Assembly: GCA_030156895.1 (NCBI GenBank)
Contig: JASGLP010000008.1
Coordinates: forward strand, 21,650-53,649
DNA length: 32,000 nucleotides
Source of the DNA: Eubacteriaceae bacterium
Lineage (GTDB): Bacteria; Bacillota; Clostridia; Eubacteriales; Eubacteriaceae
Direction of reading: 5' to 3'
The notes under the pieces were generated by a model. The model searched no databases. It had not been told where the DNA came from and saw only the letters and a list, made by a program, of their open reading frames with translations. Shown here in pieces: positions 1 through 9,614 of the stretch; the first letter of the stretch is position 1; every line of letters begins with the position of its first letter. The position numbers and the translations under genes were made by a program.

Positions 1-1012
1 TAAACTCAGCCCCTGGCGCAGCTGTGTGAAAATCCCCCATTGCTGTTTTATCGTACAAATTCTCAATCCCATAGCGTTTTTCTTCAATTGCCTTTTCAAT
101 GAGTTTTTTAACCATCTGAGAAATTTCCGGGTTCTGGTTTCTAATATAAATATAAGCTGCGCCACCGCAGCTCTGGGCATATGCCAGCCATGATAGCTTA
201 CCCTTTTCTTGACTGATCAAGCCCTGCTCTTTAAACAAGGCATTTAATCGCACCTTTTGGTCCACATCCAACTGACCATGATCGCCTATAACTACAAATG
301 CCGTCTGATCAAAAATGCCCGCCATCTCTGTCGCTTTAATGATTTGACCAATCCGTTTATCCATCCTCAGGATCGCCTCATCCACCTCCTGGCTTTTGGT
401 TCCGAACCGGTGCTTAGCATCATCTAAATCAATTAAGTGTGCCAAAAGCAGGTTTGGCTTTTTACGTCTAATCGTGTCCACCGCGCATGCCGTCGAAAAA
501 TCATCCAGATAAGGTTCTTCAATTCCCTGTCTGAGCGAACCGAATTTCTTCTCCATCTCAATGCAATAAAGAGGACTGCCGTTACGCAGAATTTTCAACA
601 ACTGATTTTCCCGACCAATCGCCCGGATTTCCGGCAAATTATAGTTTATTGCAGTTTTTCCAGTAACCGGCCAGAGAATCGCGGCTGATTTTAGCCCCTT
701 TTCTCTGACCAGATCGTAGATAGTCGGTCGTTTGATTTCACTTTTATACCAGAACCAGGCCTGATCATTCTCAGCTACAAAGGGCTGACAGGGATTATTA
801 TGATAAATCCCATGTCGGTCTGGATAAGAACCGGTCACCATGGTAGTATGCACCACATATGTTAAAGTTGGATAGACACTTTTTAGGTGGCTGCTTGAAA
901 CCCCGTCTACGATCAGTCTTTTTAGATTTGGAAGCCTTTTAGCTCGTTCCCAGTTATCCTCGGAAAAAGCATCGTAGGAAATTACGATTAAATGTTCTGC
1001 TTTTTTTGTCAT
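1..1012 (-). CDS. Alkaline-phosphatase-superfamily nucleotide pyrophosphatase/phosphodiesterase-like protein (C-terminus off window)
   Basis: Missing from the ORF track because it is open at the window edge. My translation from ATG 1012..1010 (RBS GGGAGG 5 nt upstream) reads MTKKAEHLIVISYDAFSEDNWERAKRLPNLKRLIVDGVSSSHLKSVYPTLTYVVHTTMVTGSYPDRHGIYHNNP... A later GDHGQ follows. These are motifs typical of type I phosphodiesterase/NPP enzymes. The frame stays open to base 1. Confidence 0.8.
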   Translation of the reverse strand, partial: MTKKAEHLIVISYDAFSEDNWERAKRLPNLKRLIVDGVSSSHLKSVYPTLTYVVHTTMVTGSYPDRHGIYHNNPCQPFVAENDQAWFWYKSEIKRPTIYDLVREKGLKSAAILWPVTGKTAINYNLPEIRAIGRENQLLKILRNGSPLYCIEMEKKFGSLRQGIEEPYLDDFSTACAVDTIRRKKPNLLLAHLIDLDDAKHRFGTKSQEVDEAILRMDKRIGQIIKATEMAGIFDQTAFVVIGDHGQLDVDQKVRLNALFKEQGLISQEKGKLSWLAYAQSCGGAAYIYIRNQNPEISQMVKKLIEKAIEEKRYGIENLYDKTAMGDFHTAAPGAEF

Positions 1013-1081
1013 AGCTACCTCCCTACAAAAGCCATTATATTATGTCCACTAATTTATTTCATACCTGTTTCAAGGCAGTTT

Positions 1082-2332
1082 TTAACCGATTGTTTCATTT
1101 CCGGAAGCCGTCTGAGTCGGTAACCAGTTAAAAATCACTAAACCAACAATAAATAAAGGAATGATTCCCAGCATCGAATAGCGGGCATTGCCACTAATCG
1201 TTGTCGTTAAAGACATTATAGCAGGACCAATAATTGCTGAAAATTTGCCAAAAATATTATAGAAACCAAAAAATTCGTTGGATTTTTCCTTTGGAATAAT
1301 TTTGGCATAATAAGAACGGCTCAATGATTGAATCCCTCCTTGCGCCGAACCAATCATTGCTCCAAGTATAAATATATGCCAAACTGACTGAATAAACATT
1401 GCTGCGATACAGGCAATAATATAGGTAATCATCCCAACAACCAGCATTTTTCGTGCAGAATAGCGTTTTGCCAGATTTCCATAAAGGATGGCACAGGGAA
1501 ACGCAATTAACTGAATGACCAATAAAATCGCCAGCAATACAAAGGTACTTAATGCTTCATCTCCCAAAATGGAAGTTGAATAAGGCACGACCATTTTGAT
1601 GATCGTGTCAACACCATCAATATAGAAAAAATAGGCGGCCAGAAAAACAAAAACAACCTTATGCTGATGAATATTTTTAAAGGTTTCCAGAAGTCTTAAA
1701 AAGCTGTTTTTAAGGGGCTTCGGTTCGGGCTCAATGCAATGAATCTGCTTAACATTTTTAAGCATTGGTAAAGTTAAAATCCCCCACCATAAAGCCGTAA
1801 TGATAAAACCGATCTGATAACCGATGACCTGATCCATCCCTAATACAAAGATAATCGCCAGACTGACACCAAAGGGAATCACGCTGGCAATATAACCAAA
1901 GGCAAAGCCCCGGGATGATACTTGATCCATCCTTTCATTAGCCGTCACATCGACCAGAAAAGCGTCATAAAAAATATTGGAACCGGAAAAACCGATAGCT
2001 GATAGGATATAACATAAAATGAGCAGTTGCCAGAGTCCGCTGGTTGGTTGGATAAAAGCCAGTGCCGCAGTTGACAGTACCCCCAAAATGGTGAAGAAAA
2101 TAAAAAAACGTTTTTTATAGCCCCGGTAATCAGCAATGGTACCTAGAATCGGACTTAGGGCTGCGATTAAAATACTGGCAACGGAATTAAAGTAACCCAG
2201 ATCCATCGCACTTTCGACATTACTAAACATGCCAAATACAATTGGTAACAGTGCTGTTGTCACTGCCATCGAATATGCGGAATTACCGCAATCGACCAAA
2301 ATCCAGGATATTTCTTCTTTATTTAATCGCAT
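1082..2332 (-). CDS. MFS transporter (UMF1/Atg22-like subfamily)
   Basis: 416-aa polytopic hydrophobic ORF. The N-terminus MRLNKEEISWILVDCGNSAYS resembles the UMF1 family. RBS GGAGGG lies 5 nt upstream of the ATG. Confidence 0.8.
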   Translation of the reverse strand: MRLNKEEISWILVDCGNSAYSMAVTTALLPIVFGMFSNVESAMDLGYFNSVASILIAALSPILGTIADYRGYKKRFFIFFTILGVLSTAALAFIQPTSGLWQLLILCYILSAIGFSGSNIFYDAFLVDVTANERMDQVSSRGFAFGYIASVIPFGVSLAIIFVLGMDQVIGYQIGFIITALWWGILTLPMLKNVKQIHCIEPEPKPLKNSFLRLLETFKNIHQHKVVFVFLAAYFFYIDGVDTIIKMVVPYSTSILGDEALSTFVLLAILLVIQLIAFPCAILYGNLAKRYSARKMLVVGMITYIIACIAAMFIQSVWHIFILGAMIGSAQGGIQSLSRSYYAKIIPKEKSNEFFGFYNIFGKFSAIIGPAIMSLTTTISGNARYSMLGIIPLFIVGLVIFNWLPTQTASGNETIG

Positions 2333-2473
2333 TATAACCCTCCGTCATCAGGTATTTAAATTATCTAAATGTCTTAAAGATTTTTTTAATCATCTGCAAG
2401 GGTCATCATAACCGAATAAATACCATTTTGCAAGAATATGCCTGTTAAATCTATAATATCATACGGTTTTCGA

Positions 2474-4018
2474 TCACTTTGTAACGGTTTGATTGCGGCC
2501 ATTGGCTTTGGCTTCATAAAGAGCCTGATCAGCACGAATAATGGCATCATCCAAAAATTCATCTTCCTTCATTTCAATCAGTCCAATACTTATCGTCACT
2601 TTTCCCGCTAATTCAAACTTATAAGACTCAATGGCATGGCGAATCCGCTCGGCAACTTCCCTCGATTCTAAAAGCCCACTATCAGCCATTAATAGAATCA
2701 GCTCCTCACCACCAAATCTGGCTAAGATGTCTGCTCGACGGCTTGATTGAGTGACAATCTGAGCAATCCTCTTTAAAACAACATCACCCGTATAGTGTCC
2801 AAATTCATCGTTAACGCGTTTGAAATAGTCAATATCCATAATTGCCAAACAAACAGGGTTTTGAAGTCGTCGCGAAACCTCAAGCACTTTTTTCGAAAAT
2901 TCAAAAAAAACATAGCGGTTATAAAGTCCCGTCAACTGATCATACATAGCCAGTTTTGAAATTGTATCATTTCGCTGTTTGATATAATAAATGGTCAGCA
3001 ATAAAATAAAATATATCACGGTTGTCAGAATGAAACTTAACTCCTTTGATTTTGCCAGATCATAAAGTTGCCAGTTTTCACCGCCTATAAATATATATCC
3101 TACAGGATCTCCAGATATATCCTTTACTTGTTCAAATTGTACAATGTAATATTTCCCCTGATAATTGACCGGTACGATAAAAGAGTCCTTCGTTTTCATT
3201 TCCGACACTACTTTTGCTGTCATCATCTGCAGAAAATTTTCATCCGAATAAAGATCCTGCATTCCTGAAAGGGATTTTGTAATCTTAAACACATCAATGT
3301 CGGTAACATAATCATCACTAATTAAACTAGGCTGATAATGATTCTGATTTTCTAATTTTACAGTCGATTCCATTACATCCCGATTTAAAAGAAACCCATA
3401 GACCTGCATTGGTTCAAGTCCATACAAACCTTCAATTACGGAAACCATTGAGATCGAAGATTCAACACTCCCTAGATAATTCTCTCCCTCCAATAAAGGA
3501 TAAATAAAACGATAACCGGTATAAACCGATCCGACTTCAAAACCCGACACGGGTTCTTTGGTTTCCATTACCATCCCAATTGATTCTCTAACCGCTTTCA
3601 AATCATCACCATACTGATCCGGCGCATGAAAACGCAAAAAACTGGTCCCATCAGGCAAATGAAACTGCATTTGCTCAAACCCATGCGCTGCAATGATCTG
3701 ATAATCACTATTTAGAGCCTGATATAGTTGCTCCCGCAAAACCGCTTTTTGATCATCATCGCCGCTGGCTGCCGACTCCATAATTTCATATACTTCATTT
3801 TGATCAATCATTGTATTGAAAATATAGTTTGAAAACGAATCATACGACCTTAGAATCGAATCAATTTCAACATTGAATTTCACGTGTTGCTGATTAAGAA
3901 AGTCCTGATAACGTGTTTCATACAGCGCGTTAAAGTATGCTAATAAAACAAGCCATACCAGTGACAATCCTAAACCCAACAGAAAGATAATGCGACTTTT
4001 ATCAAAGGAATTTTTCAT
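2474..4018 (-). CDS. Membrane-anchored diguanylate cyclase: extracytoplasmic Cache-like sensor + GGDEF domain (GGEEL variant)
   Basis: N-terminal TM, ~300-aa periplasmic-type domain, second TM, then YDQLTGLYNR ... RRADILARFGGEELILL (RxxD I-site plus GGEEL signature). RBS AGGAGA. Confidence 0.9.
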   Translation of the reverse strand: MKNSFDKSRIIFLLGLGLSLVWLVLLAYFNALYETRYQDFLNQQHVKFNVEIDSILRSYDSFSNYIFNTMIDQNEVYEIMESAASGDDDQKAVLREQLYQALNSDYQIIAAHGFEQMQFHLPDGTSFLRFHAPDQYGDDLKAVRESIGMVMETKEPVSGFEVGSVYTGYRFIYPLLEGENYLGSVESSISMVSVIEGLYGLEPMQVYGFLLNRDVMESTVKLENQNHYQPSLISDDYVTDIDVFKITKSLSGMQDLYSDENFLQMMTAKVVSEMKTKDSFIVPVNYQGKYYIVQFEQVKDISGDPVGYIFIGGENWQLYDLAKSKELSFILTTVIYFILLLTIYYIKQRNDTISKLAMYDQLTGLYNRYVFFEFSKKVLEVSRRLQNPVCLAIMDIDYFKRVNDEFGHYTGDVVLKRIAQIVTQSSRRADILARFGGEELILLMADSGLLESREVAERIRHAIESYKFELAGKVTISIGLIEMKEDEFLDDAIIRADQALYEAKANGRNQTVTK

Positions 4019-4252
4019 GATTTTCTCCTAAATTGATCAATCGAAGCGTTATTTGTCCGATACTCTTTTTTAATCAATCTATAAGCGAATATCTGCAGCC
4101 TGACAGTATTCAAAAGAAATCATTAAGTAAGTCAAACCATTATAGACTTATTATTTTACTCTGCTAAATACGATCATTGCAAAAACAAATAGAATTGGCA
4201 TTTAAATCTAAACCAAATATTTCTCCTCTGATTTTACCCGATATTCAACATT

Positions 4253-5032
4253 CTATACCGTTTTAATCCCCAAACCTTTTTTAAAAAAATACGCTGCCAT
4301 CAAAAATGTCACGAGCACTAAAACCAACGTCAAAATCAAGTGGATTGTAATGTTCCCTTCACAAACGCCTACATACGCAAACCGCGAGACATTAACCAGT
4401 GGGAAAATGGGATTAATATACTTTATCGCTGAAAGCAGTCCGGGCAGCTTTGATACTTCAAAAAATACCCCTCCCAAGTAGGTCAGCGGCGTAATTACAA
4501 TTGATAAGATAAAGTTCATCTTTTCGAAATTTTCAAATGCCAGGCCGGCAATTAACCCTACCGATGCAAAGACAAAAGAAGTTGCCATCAATGCCAGAAC
4601 AAAAAAGAGCGGATAAGCAACTTCATATCCAACAAAAAAAATGGTTGCGGCATAGGTTAACAGACCAACCAAAACACCTCTAAATACCCCGCCCAAAATA
4701 TAAGCCAGAATTTTTTCGGTATTGGAAATTGGGTAGGAATTCAAGTCCTGAATGGTATTCTGAAATTTTTGAGAAATGATGGAAAACGCCGGATTTTGAA
4801 AAGCCGCTAAAATCGCGCCCATGGTCGCCAGTCCAGGAACCAGAAAATGCAAGTAATTGATTCCGTTGATCCCCACCTCTCTGGTCGAAAGCATTCCACC
4901 AAAAATCATCATATACAAAATGTTTGAAATCAGTGGTGCCAGTACGGTCTGCACCGGCACCTTCATGAACCGATGAATCTCGCGATTTAAAAGGGCCAAA
5001 AATCCAATTCGATTATAAAATAATTTATTCAT
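4253..5032 (-). CDS. ABC-2 type transporter permease
   Basis: 259-aa, 6-TM hydrophobic ORF directly downstream of the ABC ATPase (9-nt gap). RBS AGGAG. Confidence 0.85.
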   Translation of the reverse strand: MNKLFYNRIGFLALLNREIHRFMKVPVQTVLAPLISNILYMMIFGGMLSTREVGINGINYLHFLVPGLATMGAILAAFQNPAFSIISQKFQNTIQDLNSYPISNTEKILAYILGGVFRGVLVGLLTYAATIFFVGYEVAYPLFFVLALMATSFVFASVGLIAGLAFENFEKMNFILSIVITPLTYLGGVFFEVSKLPGLLSAIKYINPIFPLVNVSRFAYVGVCEGNITIHLILTLVLVLVTFLMAAYFFKKGLGIKTV

Positions 5033-5041
5033 TCTAAACTC

Positions 5042-5947
5042 CTATTGTTTGATTAAACGTAAGTAGATTTCTTCCAGTTTAGGTTTTTCTACCACCAGAT
5101 TGGTAAAAGCCATCTCTTTTTCCGATAACATTTTAAAAACTTTTGACAATTCTTTTTTAGGAGCTCTAAGAAGCAATCTGTTATCTTCAGTGATTTCCGG
5201 GTCATATGCCCCTAAAAATTCAAAATCTGAGCGGGTAAGCGACTGTTCAAAATGCACTTCAATTATTGCTTCTTGTGAAAATGTCTCCATCAGATCGGTT
5301 TTTGGTTCATCTGCAATCAATTTACCCCCATCAATAATCACGATCCGATTGCAGAGTTTTTCGGCTTCTTCTAAATAATGAGTTGTTAATACAATCGTCG
5401 TTCCCGATTCATGGAGTTTCACTAAAAATTCATAAAGTGTGTGCCGCATTTCGATATCTACCCCAGCTGTGGGTTCGTCCAAAATCAGAATTTTGGGTCG
5501 ATGCACCAGCGCTTTGGCAATCAGAAAGCGCCTGCGCATCCCTCCTGAAAGATCTCTTAATCGGGCACTTCGTTTTTCAGTTAAATACAAGGCCTCTAAA
5601 AGCTCATCGATCGTATCCCGATTATTTTGAATCCCGAAATAGCCAGACTGCTTTTTCAAGGCCTCGTCGATAGTAAACACAAAATCATAGCCTGTATCCT
5701 GTGGAACAATGCCAATGATTTTCTTTGTCTCCAGTTCATTTCTATCCAGATCAAAACCACCAATTTCGACCGTCCCGGCAGTCTTTTTTACGTTACCTGC
5801 CAAAATATTGATCAAGGTACTTTTGCCCGCCCCGTTTTGTCCCAACAAAGCTGTAAATTCACCTTCATTTATGGTCAAACTAACATCCTTCAGAGCTTCC
5901 TTTTTCCCTTTTTGATATGTCATTGAAACATTTTTTACACGCAGCAT
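5042..5947 (-). CDS. ABC transporter ATP-binding protein (ABC-2/DrrA-like exporter)
   Basis: Walker A GQNGAGKST, signature LSGGMRRR, Walker B ILILDEPT, H-loop TTHY. Confidence 0.95.
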   Translation of the reverse strand: MLRVKNVSMTYQKGKKEALKDVSLTINEGEFTALLGQNGAGKSTLINILAGNVKKTAGTVEIGGFDLDRNELETKKIIGIVPQDTGYDFVFTIDEALKKQSGYFGIQNNRDTIDELLEALYLTEKRSARLRDLSGGMRRRFLIAKALVHRPKILILDEPTAGVDIEMRHTLYEFLVKLHESGTTIVLTTHYLEEAEKLCNRIVIIDGGKLIADEPKTDLMETFSQEAIIEVHFEQSLTRSDFEFLGAYDPEITEDNRLLLRAPKKELSKVFKMLSEKEMAFTNLVVEKPKLEEIYLRLIKQ

Positions 5948-6002
5948 TCTGTCATCCTTTCTTCTGACCCTAACCAGCCAGTATTAATTCTGTTACCTGT
6001 TT

Positions 6003-6031
6003 ATTATAACATGGTTAAAATGCTGCAGCCA
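6003..6031 (-). promoter_or_regulatory. Putative sigma-70 promoter of the ABC-2 exporter operon (extended -10)
   Basis: Minus strand reads TGGCTG-17 nt-TATAAT with TGT immediately upstream of the -10. It lies ~55 nt upstream of the ATG at 5947. Confidence 0.4.
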
Positions 6032-6382
6032 CGTTTTCGTAATGCGGAATTAATGATAAACAACAGAATAATTCTTAACAAAACAATCGTAGCTATCAAA
6101 AAGTTTTAAAAAGCCGCATCAAAAAACCGTACCCGGCGACAACAACCTCCATGCAAAATGTTTCATCCAGACTATTGAATTTACGCATGACTCAGCATTG
6201 CTAAAAACAATCATGGCTTCTTAATACTGAATCTTTTTAGTCATGTTTTCACTTTTATCTATAATTTATTTGATACCCTTAAAATTTTCAAATATCCGAA
6301 CATGATGATATTGTGCAGGATCTAAGTGCTGGCAAACGGATTGTCACGAAAAATGATAAAATTCATAAGTTTATAGTCCTCC

Positions 6383-6421
6383 AAAAAAAAATCTCTGGAT
6401 GAGCTTAAAGTGCTCAACCAG
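6383..6421 (-). terminator. Rho-independent terminator downstream of the 6472..8016 diguanylate cyclase gene
   Basis: Minus strand: CTGGTTGAGC / GCTCATCCAG 10-bp stem (one mismatch), 7-nt loop, then AGA + T9. Confidence 0.6.
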
Positions 6422-6471
6422 AAACGGATACACTGCTGGCAACTGCCTCGTTCCGGCAAATGCATCGAATG

Positions 6472-8016
6472 TTAAAACTGATCAAAACTATAGGCAACAA
6501 CCTGGTTTCGCCCTTTATCCTTGGCTCGATATAATGCCTGATCCGCCATATGGATTAGCATATCGAAAGTCTGATTTAAATCAGTTTTTTTAGCGATTCC
6601 AATGCTGACGGTAACATGAAATATCGTCTCCTTGGCAGAAAACGGCTGGGCAGCAAAATTTTCTAAAAAAGATTCCGCTTTTTGAGCGACTTTATCATCA
6701 TCAAATCCTGTAAGCAGCACCGCGAATTCCTCGCCTCCCAGTCGGGCAATCAGAGCCTTAGAATGAAAGTGGACTTTCAAGGCATAACCTATCGTTTCAA
6801 TCACCTGATCTCCCATCTGATGGCCGTGTTGATCATTAACATTTTTAAAATGATCAAGATCCATCATCAAAAGATGCATTGACTGACCGCTTTCCTGGGC
6901 GAGCATTCTAATTTCTTCACCCTTTTGCATAAATGCACGACGGTTATACAAGCCACTAAGAGCATCCATCATTGCCTGATACTGCAAACTTTTATTCAAA
7001 TCATAAGCCTCTGTCACATCACAGATAATCTTTAGTGCGCCGCGTGAGGAGCGCATGCTTTCAATTTTTTGAGTGCTAATTTCAAAAATCCGCTCTCTGT
7101 CTTCTATCAAAACTTTAATTGTCATATCGCCATCAGACTGAAAACTCTCTAAGAAGAGCGGAGCGTCTTTTAAGATTGTCTCCATCCTCCCTTCATTAAG
7201 GTCAATTTTCTGCATTTCAAACAAATGCCGGGCTTTTAGATTGTAATCAATAATTTTATTCTGTATGCTAACCAGAACCAGTGCGTCCCGTCCTGATTCA
7301 AAGGCTTCGTTTCGGGCCTTAGCCTTTGTTTCAAGAAAATCATAACGCCAAATGGCTACCACCACCAAAAAACAACTAAACGGTAAAAAAACTGCCATAT
7401 AATCGATCGCAATACCCAGTGGGTTTTTAAACGAAAATATTAGTCCCATTGCCGCCACAATGGATGCCAGACTTATCAATATGAGCTTTTTTCGGTTGTT
7501 TTCATGATCGAGAAACTCTTTCAGATACAAAAACAAGGTAATTGCAATCATTGAAAGTGAATGAACAGTCTGCACAAGCATCCAAGGTCCGTACGTGCGT
7601 TCAAGCAATAACTTTCCATTTTCATCAACAAAAGTAATCGCTGCAAAATAAAAATGATGCCAGTCATTGGTCAAACGCAAAACCATGGTTATAATTGGAA
7701 TCACAAAAATGAACAGACTCCATGCGATTTTATAGTTCGATATTCGATTGGTATATAAAAGCCCCGACAGCAGCCATAAAGCTGAAACATAGGGAATCCC
7801 CAGATACTGAAAGCTATTCCAGAAAAGCATTTGAGCTTCCGTAACGGAATTGAGCTGCAACGTATAGCCCATGATATAAACAAAAAATGCACAACTTAAC
7901 ATCTGAATAACTAGGGCGTAGCCCGATTCATTCAATGCTCGTATGTGAACAGCCCAATAAACGGCTGCATAAATCATAATCAAAAAATAAATGCTGATCA
8001 GATTGTAAATTGACAC
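6472..8016 (-). CDS. Diguanylate cyclase with N-terminal multi-TM sensor, PAS-like linker and GGDEF domain (GGEEF)
   Basis: ~230 aa of 7 predicted TM helices, then MDALSGLYNRRAF ... ALIARLGGEEFAVL. GTG start at 8016 with GAGGTGG upstream. Confidence 0.9.
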   Translation of the reverse strand: MSIYNLISIYFLIMIYAAVYWAVHIRALNESGYALVIQMLSCAFFVYIMGYTLQLNSVTEAQMLFWNSFQYLGIPYVSALWLLSGLLYTNRISNYKIAWSLFIFVIPIITMVLRLTNDWHHFYFAAITFVDENGKLLLERTYGPWMLVQTVHSLSMIAITLFLYLKEFLDHENNRKKLILISLASIVAAMGLIFSFKNPLGIAIDYMAVFLPFSCFLVVVAIWRYDFLETKAKARNEAFESGRDALVLVSIQNKIIDYNLKARHLFEMQKIDLNEGRMETILKDAPLFLESFQSDGDMTIKVLIEDRERIFEISTQKIESMRSSRGALKIICDVTEAYDLNKSLQYQAMMDALSGLYNRRAFMQKGEEIRMLAQESGQSMHLLMMDLDHFKNVNDQHGHQMGDQVIETIGYALKVHFHSKALIARLGGEEFAVLLTGFDDDKVAQKAESFLENFAAQPFSAKETIFHVTVSIGIAKKTDLNQTFDMLIHMADQALYRAKDKGRNQVVAYSFDQF

Positions 8017-8039
8017 AAAGCCACCTCTTTGATGTAAAT

Positions 8040-8216
8040 ATGCATAAAATTGAACCTAATAAATGTGAGTTTTGTGGTGCTTGCAAAAGCGCCTGTCCCG
8101 TTTCGGCCATCAGTAATCCGGCTGGAACAACTTATTACGCTGTCGATGAAGCTTAATGCATCGATTGCGGCGCCTGCGAATCGGAATGCGGTTTTGACGC
8201 ATTTATTGTTGAATAG
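8040..8216 (+). pseudogene. Small 2x[4Fe-4S] ferredoxin gene interrupted by an in-frame TAA
   Basis: Frame from ATG 8040 reads MHKIEPNKCEFCGACKSACPVSAISNPAGTTYYAVDEA*CIDCGACESECGFDAFIVE*. TAA is at 8154-8156, just before the second CxxCxxCxxxC motif. No SD. The ATG is only 23 nt from the divergent GTG start at 8016. Confidence 0.6.
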
Positions 8217-8255
8217 TATAAAAAACGGTATCCTTGTTTTGAAGATGCCATTTTT

Positions 8256-9413
8256 TTATTTTTCCTTTGCAACCAGCAGCTGATACAATGTTGGGTTAAA
8301 TTTAAATTCCTCTATCAGCTTATTTACTTCCACTAATACTTTCTCTTTGAGCTCCGACGGTGTCGTCTGTCGGCGAACGGCACGGATTAGAATGTTTTTG
8401 GGTGTGTGAGAAAGATCAACGAATTCAAGCAGTTGCGTTTTATACCCACTGTACTCGAGCAGATTGGCTCTGACTGCATCGGTGGCCAGGGCAGAAAAAC
8501 GTTCTTTTATAATACCATATCGGGTCATTAGTGTAAGATTTTCAGCCTCGATCTGGCTGTTCAATTCATGCTGGCAGCAGGGAACTGAAAAAATCATTTT
8601 AGCCTGCCACTTAATGGCATTATAAAGAGCATAATCGGTGGCCGTGTCGCAGGCATGCAAAGTAATCACAATATCTACTGGAGAGGCTGCCTTAAAACCA
8701 TTGATATCCCCCAGTTCAAATCTAAGATTTTGATATCCGTATTTTTTTGCAGCTATTGAACAATTCTTAATCACATCTGCTTTTAAATCCAAGCCAATTA
8801 TGTCCGCTTTTATTTTTCTGATCTCAGTCAGATAATAGTAGACAATGAAAGTCAAATAAGACTTACCACAACCAAAATCAATGACCTGAACGTGTTCCAT
8901 TTTCAAACTTGAAATTTCGTCATCCAGTATTTCCAAAAATCGATTGATCTGTTTGAACTTATCATACATCGATTTGACCACTTTACCTTCTTTTGTAAAG
9001 ATCCCCATATCGACGAGGGGCGCAACAACCATTCCTTCTTCGATCAGATATTGCTTTTTCCGGTTATGGCCGACGATAACTGAAGGCGCTTCCGTTGACT
9101 TCAGCTTCCGTATTTTAAATGAACACTTTCCCTTTTTTGTGATCGTCAGTATCAGTTCATCTGTTTCTGACCAGGCATTTATCTGGCGAAAATGAGCGCT
9201 ACTTATTTCATAAATCCGATGCGCTAACTCATTTTCATTCACATTTTCATGAAAGACCTGTTTATCAGTATAAGCCGCAATCTGATATAAATCATTCTGT
9301 TTTTCAACAATCAGCTTATTGTACCTTTCCTCTTTTGAAGTGGGTTTGCTGATTACCACCTTCAGAATGCCAATCGCAATGATTTTTTCGATATAACTTT
9401 TTAGCTCATCCAT
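8256..9413 (-). CDS. Class I SAM-dependent methyltransferase (Methyltransf_32-like)
   Basis: 385 aa. Motif I VIDFGCGKSYLTF, followed by GLDLK and ITLHACDTATD. RBS AGAGGGA. Confidence 0.8.
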   Translation of the reverse strand: MDELKSYIEKIIAIGILKVVISKPTSKEERYNKLIVEKQNDLYQIAAYTDKQVFHENVNENELAHRIYEISSAHFRQINAWSETDELILTITKKGKCSFKIRKLKSTEAPSVIVGHNRKKQYLIEEGMVVAPLVDMGIFTKEGKVVKSMYDKFKQINRFLEILDDEISSLKMEHVQVIDFGCGKSYLTFIVYYYLTEIRKIKADIIGLDLKADVIKNCSIAAKKYGYQNLRFELGDINGFKAASPVDIVITLHACDTATDYALYNAIKWQAKMIFSVPCCQHELNSQIEAENLTLMTRYGIIKERFSALATDAVRANLLEYSGYKTQLLEFVDLSHTPKNILIRAVRRQTTPSELKEKVLVEVNKLIEEFKFNPTLYQLLVAKEK

Positions 9414-9556
9414 AAATATCCCTCTATTTTTTTGATTGCGCTATATTATATCATAACAATTTAAATCCGTCCCTGTCCATTCAACCTGTTTTATTACCAT
9501 ATTCCGAAAAATTTAAGGTTTCCAACGATCTTATTCCCTAAATTTTTCTCAATAGC

Positions 9557-9585
9557 TTTCAAATTTCAATTATTTCTGTCATAAT
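9557..9585 (+). promoter_or_regulatory. Putative mutM promoter (extended -10)
   Basis: TTTCAA-17 nt-CATAAT with TGT immediately upstream of the -10, ~30 nt before the mutM RBS. Confidence 0.4.
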
Positions 9586-9614
9586 AAAAAAATACTTACT
9601 TAAAGGAGTTTACC

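Noticed and set aside
437-688. 83-aa plus-strand ORF with a GTG start.
   Set aside because: It is antisense to the open, edge-truncated phosphodiesterase gene, which translates into recognisable AP-superfamily motifs.
5100-5926. Five plus-strand ORFs of 63-99 aa.
   Set aside because: All are antisense to the ABC ATPase gene with its Walker A/B and signature motifs. No RBSs or recognisable motifs.
6320-6360. GGCAAAC string in the 524-bp intergenic region, checked as a possible c-di-GMP-I (GEMM) riboswitch given the surrounding GGDEF genes.
   Set aside because: The rest of the GEMM-I consensus (the GGGACGCAAAGCC-type segment and paired helices) is absent on either strand. The 14-aa ORF with a GGAGGA at 6330-6390 (minus strand) has a long SD spacing and no support.
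8154-8156. Possibility that the in-frame stop in the ferredoxin is programmed recoding (Sec/Pyl).
   Set aside because: The codon is TAA, not TGA or TAG. No SECIS- or PYLIS-like context is evident, and the position normally holds an ordinary Lys, Asp or Glu.
8050-8283. 77-aa ORF-track call.
   Set aside because: It is out of frame relative to the clear ferredoxin Cys motifs in the same DNA. The biologically meaningful reading is the TAA-interrupted frame from 8040.
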